From Myxococcales bacterium (GTDB lineage Bacteria; Myxococcota_A; UBA796; SXON01): a stretch of 46,616 nucleotides of DNA. The position numbers and the translations under genes were made by a program. This document shows, in pieces, positions 31,324 through 39,771 of this stretch. The notes under the pieces are model-generated. The model was not told the DNA's origin, did no database searches, and saw only the letters and a program-made list of their open reading frames with translations. The stretch spans positions 1 through 46,616 of the forward strand of contig SHYV01000002.1 of the NCBI GenBank assembly GCA_009692605.1. Direction: 5' to 3'. Each line of letters starts with the position of its first letter. The first letter of the stretch is position 1.

Positions 31324-32120
31324 AGCCATGCGCGCGGAGCCCGGTGTTTGCGGGCGTGGTGGGGCTCGCGGGCGTTGCTGGGCTCGCGGGCGTTGCTGGG
31401 CTCGCGGGCGTTGCTGGGCTCGGGCTGGCCGGCTGTCGCGAGCCGGCATGGTCGGTCACCGGCGCGCTCGAGCCCACACGCCTACAGTTGGACATCGATC
31501 ACGACGGCAAGGTGGCGGCGGCTGAGTATGCCAGAGTTGCGTTTTCCGCTCCGCTGTTCGAGGATGTCGACCGGGACGCGAATGGCGATCTGGATCTGAA
31601 GGAGCTGGAGGCGCTGGTGTATTCGACGGACCCATCCAGCTTCTTCGAACGGCCTCACGTCGAGGTGTCCGCATCAGCGGCCGCTCGCCACCCAGGCTCC
31701 GGCCCCAAGCCGGGTGCCGGCCCCAAGCCGGGCGGGAAGGGCCCCCCACCGCCAAGCCAGCACGGCCCGAACCGGCCTCGTGGCGCGACGGCGAATGGCT
31801 CGGGGGCCCGCAGGCCGGTCAGCCGAGCGGCGGAGCTTGTTCCGCCAGATAGTCCGGCTTCGGGGTCTGGAGATCCGGGACGGACCGAGGCGGTGAAGCC
31901 AGACGCCTACTATGTGCTGCTGATCCTGCGGGAGGAGATCGTGACGGTCGCCCCGGATGTGGCTGTTCCAGCGCGTGAGGAGCTCGAACACCTGGGGCGA
32001 AAGGGCTCGCTGGTCAGTCCGGAGGCCGCGGCGATGCTGCAGCGGCTCGAGATCGCCAGCGCTGCGGCGGGCCTGGATTTCCCGGAGGGCCTTCGAGCGC
32101 CGGTGGTTCCTACCCGATGA
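31320..32120 (+). CDS. EF-hand calcium-binding lipoprotein with a repeat-expanded signal peptide
   Basis: The GTG start overlaps the sulfatase-like stop (GTGA). The N-terminus is MKPCARSPVFAGVVGLAGVAGLAGVAGLAGVAGLGLAGC (lipobox). EF-hand loops are DIDHDGKVAAAEY and DVDRDANGDLDLKELE. Confidence 0.7.
   Translation: MKPCARSPVFAGVVGLAGVAGLAGVAGLAGVAGLGLAGCREPAWSVTGALEPTRLQLDIDHDGKVAAAEYARVAFSAPLFEDVDRDANGDLDLKELEALVYSTDPSSFFERPHVEVSASAAARHPGSGPKPGAGPKPGGKGPPPPSQHGPNRPRGATANGSGARRPVSRAAELVPPDSPASGSGDPGRTEAVKPDAYYVLLILREEIVTVAPDVAVPAREELEHLGRKGSLVSPEAAAMLQRLEIASAAAGLDFPEGLRAPVVPTR
31362..31422. repeat. In-frame perfect tandem repeat of 3.4 x 18 bp, GGGCTCGCGGGCGTTGCT (GLAGVA), inside a signal-peptide h-region
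   Basis: Counted directly. Copies lie at 31362-31379, 31380-31397 and 31398-31415, with a partial copy at 31416-31422. Confidence 0.92.
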
Positions 32121-32136
32121 GCCCGACGTCGGCCGG

Positions 32137-33609
32137 TCACTCTGGGCACGCCTCGCCCGACTCCGGCACCCCGTCGCCCGTCACCCAAAGCAGGTCTACG
32201 ACGTAGGGCACCGCGAGCCCGCAGGCGAGCGGTGCGGACGCTGCGACCGCGACGTGGGCTTGCTCCGAATGGTCAGCGTTGAACGCACCGGATTCGTCGC
32301 TGTTAGTGGGGTCGTCCAGATCGAGCGTGATCGTCCGGATGCCCGGGGTGTGCTGGCACGCGTCTTCACCGGCCATGCAGCCTGAATCGGTGAGGATCCA
32401 GTCCGTACCGGCGGGATCTGCGATTCCCGGAACCCCGGCGAGGAAGGGTTGGACCGCCCGCACGAACCCGAGGCCAGCGTCGGTGCCAGTCATGCTGACA
32501 ACAAGGTCGTGCCGGTAGTCGGGCTGGCCGCTGACGTGGTCGCCCGGCCCGGAAACGTCGGGGGGGAACGACGCGATCGTGATGCTCCCGAAGCCATCGG
32601 TGGTGAGCTTCCAGTCATCCTGAAAACCCGCTCCGTAGCCGTTCGAATGGGCGCCGATCAGGTAGTGCCCCCCGGACTCGCTGGTCACGATGCTGGTGTC
32701 ATGGGGTGAGTTGAGGAATCCGGCGGCGGGGAAGGTCCAGGCGTGCTCCCAGCCCGGATCGCCGGGGGTGTAGAACATCACCACCCCGGACCCGTTGCCG
32801 CCCCCCGCGATGCCACCGGTGTCCACGTCGCCGTTGGTGGAGCGAAAGGTGACGAGCACCCCCGCCCCACCGTCGCCGAGCGGGATGGTGTCGACGTCGT
32901 TCGGGACCCGTCCTGCCCAGCTGCCCAACGTGGTCGCTGCCATCACGTCGGTGACCACGCCACACGTGGTGGACCGGTCGAGGTGGACGGTGAGGACCCG
33001 ATCGTTCTCGGAGTCGGCGATCAGCAGATCGACGCTGGCGGCGTCCTCATACAACACGTCGAAGTCGTGCACCTGGGCGAGCCGGCACCGGAGCGCCTCT
33101 TCGAGCGTCGCGAGGTGGTCTTCAGCGCCGGGCTCGCAGGGGTTGGTATTGGCGCAGATGCTGGTTTCACCCGGAAAGTTCGTGGTGAAGTCGAGCGCAT
33201 CGAGGCGCCAGAGCGGCGTCGGGGGCTCGAATACGTTGGAAGGCCCCAGACGGACCCGCTCGATCGTCGTGCGCTCGAACCACGGGTCACCCGCCACGCG
33301 GTCGTAGGCCAGAGTCAGCTCGTCGTGGGCACCGTCCGAGTCGGTGGTGACCTCGGGGTCAACCTGGAACGGCAGGCAGGCGGCGTCCTCCGGGATCCCC
33401 ACGCCGACCGCCGGGTCACAATCCTCGGGGGCGAGCGCCTTCAGATGGAGCGTGAGGAGCAGCTCCTGATCGGCGAGGCGGATGTACTGCACCCGCCGCG
33501 CGTCGGTGTCCGCGACCACGGCGACGGCGTCCGGAAGGGTCAGGACGGTCGGCTCGAGGTCGGGGGTGCATGCGGCGGTCAGGAGGAAGAGCACGGCGCT
33601 CGATATCAA
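32137..33609 (-). CDS. Hypothetical lipoprotein (about 490 aa)
   Basis: This is the C-terminal part of ORF 32137..35652. A TTG at 33609 gives (M)ISSAVLFLLTAAC (lipobox). The body is acidic and Gly/Asp/Thr-rich with high GC3. The upstream 681 codons are antisense to the VWA gene. The start codon is uncertain. Confidence 0.6.
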   Translation of the reverse strand: MISSAVLFLLTAACTPDLEPTVLTLPDAVAVVADTDARRVQYIRLADQELLLTLHLKALAPEDCDPAVGVGIPEDAACLPFQVDPEVTTDSDGAHDELTLAYDRVAGDPWFERTTIERVRLGPSNVFEPPTPLWRLDALDFTTNFPGETSICANTNPCEPGAEDHLATLEEALRCRLAQVHDFDVLYEDAASVDLLIADSENDRVLTVHLDRSTTCGVVTDVMAATTLGSWAGRVPNDVDTIPLGDGGAGVLVTFRSTNGDVDTGGIAGGGNGSGVVMFYTPGDPGWEHAWTFPAAGFLNSPHDTSIVTSESGGHYLIGAHSNGYGAGFQDDWKLTTDGFGSITIASFPPDVSGPGDHVSGQPDYRHDLVVSMTGTDAGLGFVRAVQPFLAGVPGIADPAGTDWILTDSGCMAGEDACQHTPGIRTITLDLDDPTNSDESGAFNADHSEQAHVAVAASAPLACGLAVPYVVDLLWVTGDGVPESGEACPE

Positions 33610-33693
33610 GAATTCGCCGGATGAAATTTCGGCGTCGCGGGTGTAAGGGGACCCTGCGATGGGCGTTCTCCTCGCGAACCCACGGAAGATCCC

Positions 33694-35910
33694 ATGCAAA
33701 CCCCACCGCGCCCCGGAGCGACAATGACCAGCCTCCTCATCCTTCTCGCGTGCACCAGCCTCACTGCGAAGACCACCCCCGTCGCGGCGAAGGACCGTGT
33801 CCCGGAGGCCATGTCCACGAACCCTTCCACAGTGAAGCCCGTGACGCTGCCCACCACGCCGCTCGTTCAGCAGGAGTGCTTCGCGTCCAGTCGCCCGGAG
33901 GTCACGCGCGGTCGTGGCAGCTACCTGACCCCGCCGCCGTCTCCCGCAAAGTCGTCTTCGGGGGCATCCTACGATGGGTCGCCCGCCCCGGTGAGCGCGC
34001 CGATGGCGAAGGCCCCCTCCGGATCCACGAGCCCCGCTTCCCCCGGTGGCTCGGGGGCGATGGGTCCGTCCACGAACAGCGTCGCCAGCACGGCCAGCGC
34101 GCCCGTTGCATCCACCGCTCCACCGGCCGAGCCGGCCGCCGCAATGCCAATGGCCGGCGCTGACAAGAAGGCCTACGACGGGCTCACGGCGCGCGCGAAG
34201 GAGAAGTCGAACGGCGATGCCGGGCCGGCGGACCGGGACAGCGGTGCGAAGGACGAAGGGCGGGCGGCGTCGAAGCCGATGGCGGAGAAGGGTGACGAGG
34301 AGATGTCCACGAAGCCGACTCGCCAGCTGGCTCCCAGCGTCCCCGAGCCCGACTGGGGGGCAACGGTCTACCTCTCCAATGACGACAGCATGAGCCTCGC
34401 CTCCGCGCAGCGCCTGTTGTGGGCGCTCCAGAACCATGGCCCGGTCAAGACCAGCGAGATCCGCCCCCATGAGCTGCTCAACTACTTCAGCTTCGACACC
34501 GCTGACGTGAAGGACGGGCAGATCTTCTCCACCCTCGGCGCCGCTCAGCAGACCGACCCCGACACGCTCACGATGAGCTTCGCCGTCAAGGGGTACACGC
34601 CCGCGCCGAAGCCGCTCGACCTTACGCTTGTGCTCGACCGCTCCGGGTCGATGGCGGCTGAGGGTCGCATGGAGTACCTCAAGCGTGGCCTGCTCAAGCT
34701 CACCGAGGGGCTGCACGCCGGAGACCGGCTGGATCTGGTCCTGTTCGACCACGAGGTCTGCGCCCCTCTCGAGAACTTCGTCGTCGGCCGGGATGACCCG
34801 AGCCTGCTCGCCGCGACCATCGCCCGGCTGGCGCCGCGCGGATCCACCAACCTTGGGATTGGCCTCGGCAAGGGGTACGCTCTGGCGACCGGCCGCGATC
34901 TCGGCGGGGTCGGCGAGCAGGGCCGCAACAAGCGGATGATGCTGGTCACCGACGCGCTGATGAACGAGGGGCAGATCGACCCGAACATCCTCTCGGAGAT
35001 TGGGCGGGGCTACGAGCAGGCTGGCGTGAACCTCACGGCGGTCGGCGTCGGCACCGACTTCAACGACAAGGTGCTCGACCAGCTCTCCGAGAAGGGGCAC
35101 GGCGCGTACGTCTACCTTGGCTCCGAGGCGGTCGTGGACCGCGTCTTCGGGGTTGGCCTTGCCGCGCTGACCCGGACGATCGCTCGGGACGTGCACTTCT
35201 CGGTCGATCTCCCCCCGAGCCTCGCCATGGAGCGGTTCTACGGTGAAGAATCGAGCACCCACAAAGAGGACGTGCAGCCGATCAACTACTTCGCCGGGAA
35301 CTCGCAGCTCTTCCTTCAGGATCTCAAGATCCGGCGCGGCCAGATCGTCCCGAACGACCCAGTGGTCTTCACCGCCGAGTGGGTCGATCCGGAGACCGGC
35401 GCGCCGGGGAACCAGACCTTCCACACAACGGTCGGCACTCTCCTCGCGAGCGACTCGCACAACCTGGTCAAGGGCCGCGCGCTCATGGCGTGGAGCGACC
35501 TGTTGATGAATAAGTCGCTCGGCGGACAAGTCTGTGGCGCTCCCATGGACACGTGGCGCCAGCACGTCTCGGAGCTCGGTCAGGACGCCGAGATCTCCTG
35601 GCTGGACGGCCTCACCAGCCCGCTGTGCGGCCAGACTCCTGTGCCCGTGCAACCGGCGGCCCGCACCGTGGCGTTGAAGATCAAGCTCGACAGCGACATG
35701 CCGATCGCGGAGGTGGGCCTGACCTGCGGCTCCTGGCGCGCCACCGATGCTCTCGCCGCGGGTGATCAGGTCGCGCGCTTTGATGCCCGGCCCGGCGCAT
35801 GCCAGCTCACCCTGCAGGGCAACGTGCCGATGACGACGATGGTCCAGGTCCCCGAGACCGGGGCGGACCTGCGCTGTGTGGTTCGCGGGGGCCGGTTCAG
35901 CTGCTCTTGA
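33694..35910 (+). CDS. YfbK-like von Willebrand factor type A (VWA) lipoprotein
   Basis: The lipobox is LLILLAC (the alternative ATG 33724 gives MTSLLILLAC). A Ser/Pro/Ala-rich linker follows. The N-terminal module is TVYLSNDDSMSLASAQRLL....G.....EIRPHELLNYFSF. The VWA MIDAS motif is LVLDRSGSM...GSTN...LVTDA. A DUF3520-like C-terminal region follows. Confidence 0.8.
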   Translation: MQTPPRPGATMTSLLILLACTSLTAKTTPVAAKDRVPEAMSTNPSTVKPVTLPTTPLVQQECFASSRPEVTRGRGSYLTPPPSPAKSSSGASYDGSPAPVSAPMAKAPSGSTSPASPGGSGAMGPSTNSVASTASAPVASTAPPAEPAAAMPMAGADKKAYDGLTARAKEKSNGDAGPADRDSGAKDEGRAASKPMAEKGDEEMSTKPTRQLAPSVPEPDWGATVYLSNDDSMSLASAQRLLWALQNHGPVKTSEIRPHELLNYFSFDTADVKDGQIFSTLGAAQQTDPDTLTMSFAVKGYTPAPKPLDLTLVLDRSGSMAAEGRMEYLKRGLLKLTEGLHAGDRLDLVLFDHEVCAPLENFVVGRDDPSLLAATIARLAPRGSTNLGIGLGKGYALATGRDLGGVGEQGRNKRMMLVTDALMNEGQIDPNILSEIGRGYEQAGVNLTAVGVGTDFNDKVLDQLSEKGHGAYVYLGSEAVVDRVFGVGLAALTRTIARDVHFSVDLPPSLAMERFYGEESSTHKEDVQPINYFAGNSQLFLQDLKIRRGQIVPNDPVVFTAEWVDPETGAPGNQTFHTTVGTLLASDSHNLVKGRALMAWSDLLMNKSLGGQVCGAPMDTWRQHVSELGQDAEISWLDGLTSPLCGQTPVPVQPAARTVALKIKLDSDMPIAEVGLTCGSWRATDALAAGDQVARFDARPGACQLTLQGNVPMTTMVQVPETGADLRCVVRGGRFSCS

Positions 35911-37852
35911 GCCGAGGGGGCTCCCCGCCCCGCGCCTGCTGGATCAGCCGGTTGATCAGCACCACCAGCCCGTCGCCGTCGATCGGCTTGGTGGCGTAGG
36001 CGTCCGCTCCGGCAGCCAGAGCGGCCTGTTCGTCGCGGACCATAGCCAGCGCGGTCAGCGCGATCACCGGAATGGTCGCGGTGGACGGCTCGGCCTTGAG
36101 GGTGCGGATGGCGGTCATGCCGTCCATGCCGGGCATAGCGAGGTCCATCAGGATCAAGGCTGGCTGCCGCTCGCGAGCGAGATCGATGCCCGTCGGGGCG
36201 TCGATTGCTTCCAACACGAGGAACCCGGCGGCTTGGAGCACCGCCCGCCCGAGGCTACGGTTCATCTCCTGATCATCCACCAGCAGCACGGTCTCGCGGT
36301 TGCTCGCTCTGGCCCCGGCGGACTCGATGGCGTGAGGGCCGCTCCGCGCTGGCTCCTGGGTAACCGCTGCTCCCTCCGGCGCTGCAGGCAACGAGAAGGT
36401 CAACACCAGGCCGCCCCCCTCTCTCGCCGTCGCCTCGATGCGGCCCCCGTGGGCCTCCACGAGTCGCCGCGAGATCGCCAGACCGAGCCCGGTGCCGTCA
36501 TGTCGCTTCACCAGCGGTGACTCAGCCTGTTGGAATGACTGAAATAGCCTGGACCACATCTCGGCGGCCAACCCCGGCCCTCGGTCGCTGACCTTGAAGA
36601 CGACCATGGGGCCTTCATCCGTCACGGCGATCTCCACGGTGGAGCGTTCAGGGCTGAACTTGACCGCGTTCGACAGCAGGTTGAGCAGGATCTGGTGCAG
36701 CCGGGCTGCGTCTGCGTGCACAGCGCGTCGCGTTGCAGTCGTGACGGTCACGGTGATCTGCCGGCGGTGGGCTTGAGGGAGGATGGCGCTGTGGGCGGCT
36801 GCCAGAACGGTGGTGACGCCGATGGTCTCGGGAGAGAGTCGTAGGTGTCCCGCCTCGATCTTGGACAGGTCGAGGATGTCGGTGATCAGCGATAGTTGAT
36901 GACGCCCAGCCTTCCCGATGTTCTCCACGAAGTTCCTCTGGCGCGCCGTGAGATCGTCCACCCCGTTGTCCAGCAGCAGGTCCGAGAACCCAATGACCGA
37001 GCTCAAGGGCGTCCGGAGCTCGTGAGACATGTTCGAGAGAAACTCCGACTTCAACCTATCGGCCCGCTCCACGGCAAGGTTGCGGTGCTCAAGCTCAATA
37101 GCTTGAGCGTGAAGCTCGTCCTTCTGGGTGGCGAGCACGTCGCGTTGGGCGTGAAGCTCGGCCGTCTGGGAGTGTAGTTCGGCGTTCGCCGTAGTCAGGG
37201 CGCTGGTCCGGTCGGCGACCCGCCGTTCGAGGTCGGCCTCCAACGCCGCGCGCCGCGCCGTCTCGGCCAGCAGGCGGGCGTGCTCGGCCGAGAGCCCGTC
37301 GATGACGACGCCCAGATCGGCCACGAGCGTCGAGGTGGCGGCGGAGAGCGCCGCGCCGAGGAGCAGGCTGCCCGACGCCGCGGCGAACCAGCCGAGGCCA
37401 TTGTACGGGAACGTGTACGCGTCAGTCGGGAATCGCATGTACAGCAGGGTGACCGCTCCGATCGTCACCAATTGGGCGGCGAACGCGGTCCTCGCCTCAC
37501 CCGGGCTGAGCAGCAGGGCCGCAGTGACCGTGCACGCTGTCAGCCACGTCAGCCCGGTGCCGACGGGGCCTACGCCGAGCAGCAGGCTGACCCCGGTGAG
37601 GTGCAGCACGACGATCAGGCTCACCGCCTTCACGCGGACGCGGACGTTTGGCCCGAACCGTACGATGCACAGCCAGCCGCAGGTGAGCACGCTCGCCCAT
37701 GCGACCCGCGGGATGCCCCCCCGCACCGCTGCCCAGACCGAGAGCACGCAGACCGGCGCCGCCAGGATCAGCGACACAAACAGCCAGGCATCCACGATTC
37801 GCGCCCGTACGGGCTCCAATCCGGCGGCAGATGTCGGTGTTTCTTCTTTCAT
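35897..37852 (-). CDS. Hybrid sensor histidine kinase / response regulator
   Basis: It has a polytopic N-terminus and a coiled coil. The HisKA motif is FLSNMSHELRTPLSSVIGFSDLL. The HATPase_c boxes are LLNLLSNAVKF, DRGPGL and GTGLGLAISRRLVE. The C-terminal receiver domain is VLLVDDQEMNR...LILMDLAMPGMDG...PVIALTA. Its 3' end overlaps the convergent VWA gene by 14 nt. Confidence 0.9.
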   Translation of the reverse strand: MKEETPTSAAGLEPVRARIVDAWLFVSLILAAPVCVLSVWAAVRGGIPRVAWASVLTCGWLCIVRFGPNVRVRVKAVSLIVVLHLTGVSLLLGVGPVGTGLTWLTACTVTAALLLSPGEARTAFAAQLVTIGAVTLLYMRFPTDAYTFPYNGLGWFAAASGSLLLGAALSAATSTLVADLGVVIDGLSAEHARLLAETARRAALEADLERRVADRTSALTTANAELHSQTAELHAQRDVLATQKDELHAQAIELEHRNLAVERADRLKSEFLSNMSHELRTPLSSVIGFSDLLLDNGVDDLTARQRNFVENIGKAGRHQLSLITDILDLSKIEAGHLRLSPETIGVTTVLAAAHSAILPQAHRRQITVTVTTATRRAVHADAARLHQILLNLLSNAVKFSPERSTVEIAVTDEGPMVVFKVSDRGPGLAAEMWSRLFQSFQQAESPLVKRHDGTGLGLAISRRLVEAHGGRIEATAREGGGLVLTFSLPAAPEGAAVTQEPARSGPHAIESAGARASNRETVLLVDDQEMNRSLGRAVLQAAGFLVLEAIDAPTGIDLARERQPALILMDLAMPGMDGMTAIRTLKAEPSTATIPVIALTALAMVRDEQAALAAGADAYATKPIDGDGLVVLINRLIQQARGGEPPRLKSS

Positions 37853-37923
37853 TACAGGCTGGACTATCGAGTTTCGCCGGGGATGGGTACCCGGTCGGGG
37901 GAGCCCTCGGATAGAGACTCACT

Positions 37924-39204
37924 GTGCTGCTCCTGTCGCTTCTGGTACTGGCTCCCGGCTACGGCTTCGCCGCTCCGGCGTGGTCACCGCTTCGGGTCGC
38001 GCTGGACTGCCAGAGTCAGGAGCGCGTCGATATCTGCACGTACATCCGTGGGTCGCTGGACGCGCTCGCGGTGGTGCGCGTCGTGCCGCTCAGCGAGGCC
38101 CAGGTGGTGCTGCACCTCAACGCGACGTCCGAGACCAACACCGACTTCGTCCAGCTCCGGGCGGTCAGCGACCTCGGGCCCGAGGCCGCAGGCACCCCTC
38201 CGAGTTTTGAGCAGGGCGTGGAGGTGGACTACCGCCTGACGGTGGACGAACAGCGCGCGCTGCTCGATCCCGTGCTCTACCGGGTGCTCTCGCCGTACCT
38301 GTGCGTCCTGGTGCCCGGTGCGGTGAGCGTCTTGATTTCGGAGCCCGAAGGCGCGGTCGACATCGGAAAAAAGACTACCCCGTTTGGATTTTCAATCTGG
38401 GCGGGCGGGTTTGGGTTGTGGTCGCAGGACTACCGTAGCCTGTCCATGTGGACAGGGGTCTCGCTCTACCGGAAGACAAGCACGAACCAGCAAGAGCTCT
38501 GGATCAACTACCAGCAGAGCATCGAGCTGCAGCCATCCCTCGTCGTGGAGAGCACCGAGGTCGATCTGACGTCGAACTCGAGCGCGATCCTCGGAGCGAC
38601 GACGAACTCCTGGAACCTTGGTGAGCACTGGACGATCGGGGGCAATCTGCGAGGCGGGCATGAAGATCCCCAGGGGCAGTACCTCGGCACCGCGCGGCTC
38701 CACGGGGGGCTGGAGTACAACCTCTTTCCGTCGGATGACCCGCGCGGTAATGTGCTCGCGGTCGCCTATCTGGTCGGCGGTCAGGCCGACTGGTACAACC
38801 AGCCCAATACGCTCGGGCAAGAAGCCGCGGTGTTTCCGACCCAGATGCTGATCGGGTCCGGGTCGGTCCGGGTAGACACCGTGTCTCTGGGGCTCGATCT
38901 GTCCGCTCGCTCCCAGATCTATCCGTTCTTCCAACGATACGTGCTGAGCGGGTCGCTGGAGGCCGATCTGACGGTCGGGGATCACATCGACTTCTCGATG
39001 CAGCTGGACGCCACCCAGCAGGCGGTGCCCGGTCCCGCCTCGATCGACTCGTCCAGCTACGAAGAGGTGACCCGGGCCTCGTACGCCCAGCCCCTCGAGG
39101 TTCAGGGCTTCTTCAATTTTAGGTTTCACTGGGATAATACGAACAGCGCTCGGAACAACCGGTTCAACTCAGTCGAAGACATCGACGTCACGGCCGGGCT
39201 CTAG
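37924..39204 (+). CDS. Hypothetical secreted protein (426 aa), possibly outer-membrane associated
   Basis: It has a GTG start and a signal peptide (MLLLSLLVLAPGYGFAAPA). GC3 is high. The C-terminal two thirds are rich in alternating aromatic/polar strands (FGFSIWAGGFGLWS, WTGVSLYRK, LHGGLEYNLF, GFFNFRFHW). I recognised no family. Confidence 0.6.
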   Translation: MLLLSLLVLAPGYGFAAPAWSPLRVALDCQSQERVDICTYIRGSLDALAVVRVVPLSEAQVVLHLNATSETNTDFVQLRAVSDLGPEAAGTPPSFEQGVEVDYRLTVDEQRALLDPVLYRVLSPYLCVLVPGAVSVLISEPEGAVDIGKKTTPFGFSIWAGGFGLWSQDYRSLSMWTGVSLYRKTSTNQQELWINYQQSIELQPSLVVESTEVDLTSNSSAILGATTNSWNLGEHWTIGGNLRGGHEDPQGQYLGTARLHGGLEYNLFPSDDPRGNVLAVAYLVGGQADWYNQPNTLGQEAAVFPTQMLIGSGSVRVDTVSLGLDLSARSQIYPFFQRYVLSGSLEADLTVGDHIDFSMQLDATQQAVPGPASIDSSSYEEVTRASYAQPLEVQGFFNFRFHWDNTNSARNNRFNSVEDIDVTAGL

Positions 39205-39205
39205 T

Positions 39206-39739
39206 ATGCGCGTCCCTATGCTCCCCCCCCGGCTCGCCCTCGTCGTGGTCTCTCTGCTGTCCGCCTGCGTCTCTCGTCCCATCGACGCTGGGTTTCCCGA
39301 TGACTCGGGCCCCCTGGACTCGGGCCCCCTGGACTCGGGCCCCCCGGACTCGGGCCCCCCGGACTCGGGCCCCCCGGACTCGGGCTCCCCGGACTCGGGC
39401 ACGCCGCCGGCGACCCCTGTCTGGATGTGCGCCAACGGCGAGATCATGGGTTTTGACCCGCTCCCCGTCGGTGCTTCGGCGCCGCTGATCTTGTCGATCA
39501 GCGGGGAAGTTGAGCGCGTCGAGGTCGGTCTGTCGTTCACAGGACCGGGAACCGCCACCGTTGACGCGCAGTCGGTGAGCGACGGCGGCCCATTCGTTTG
39601 GACCTATGCGGTCAGTGGGCTGTCCGAGGGACGTTGGTTCGCGACGTTCACCGCAGACTCGGGCGCCACAGCGGTGTGCACCGCCTCGGTGCCCGTGCAC
39701 GGCGACACCCGCGGTGCGCAAGCCGGAGCACGGCGTTGA
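39206..39739 (+). CDS. Lipoprotein with a (P/L)DSGP tandem repeat linker and a small Ig-like C-terminal domain
   Basis: The ATG is 1 nt after the upstream stop. The lipobox is VVSLLSAC. The linker reads DDSGPLDSGPLDSGPPDSGPPDSGPPDSGSPDSGTP. A beta-rich domain of about 100 aa follows. Confidence 0.7.
   Translation: MRVPMLPPRLALVVVSLLSACVSRPIDAGFPDDSGPLDSGPLDSGPPDSGPPDSGPPDSGSPDSGTPPATPVWMCANGEIMGFDPLPVGASAPLILSISGEVERVEVGLSFTGPGTATVDAQSVSDGGPFVWTYAVSGLSEGRWFATFTADSGATAVCTASVPVHGDTRGAQAGARR
39302..39406. repeat. In-frame tandem repeat of 7 x 15 bp, GACTCGGGCCCCC(T/C)G
   Basis: Counted directly. Units start at 39302, 39317, 39332, 39347, 39362, 39377 and 39392. The last two are degenerate. Confidence 0.92.
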
Positions 39740-39771
39740 CGCCCGCTGCGGGCGGGCCCCGGCGGTTCCCC

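Noticed and set aside
33610-35652. This is the upstream 681 codons of the 1171-aa minus ORF 32137..35652.
   Set aside because: It is antisense to the well-supported VWA gene and its translation is R/G/H-rich junk. Only the distal part, from the lipobox (TTG 33609), looks like a protein.
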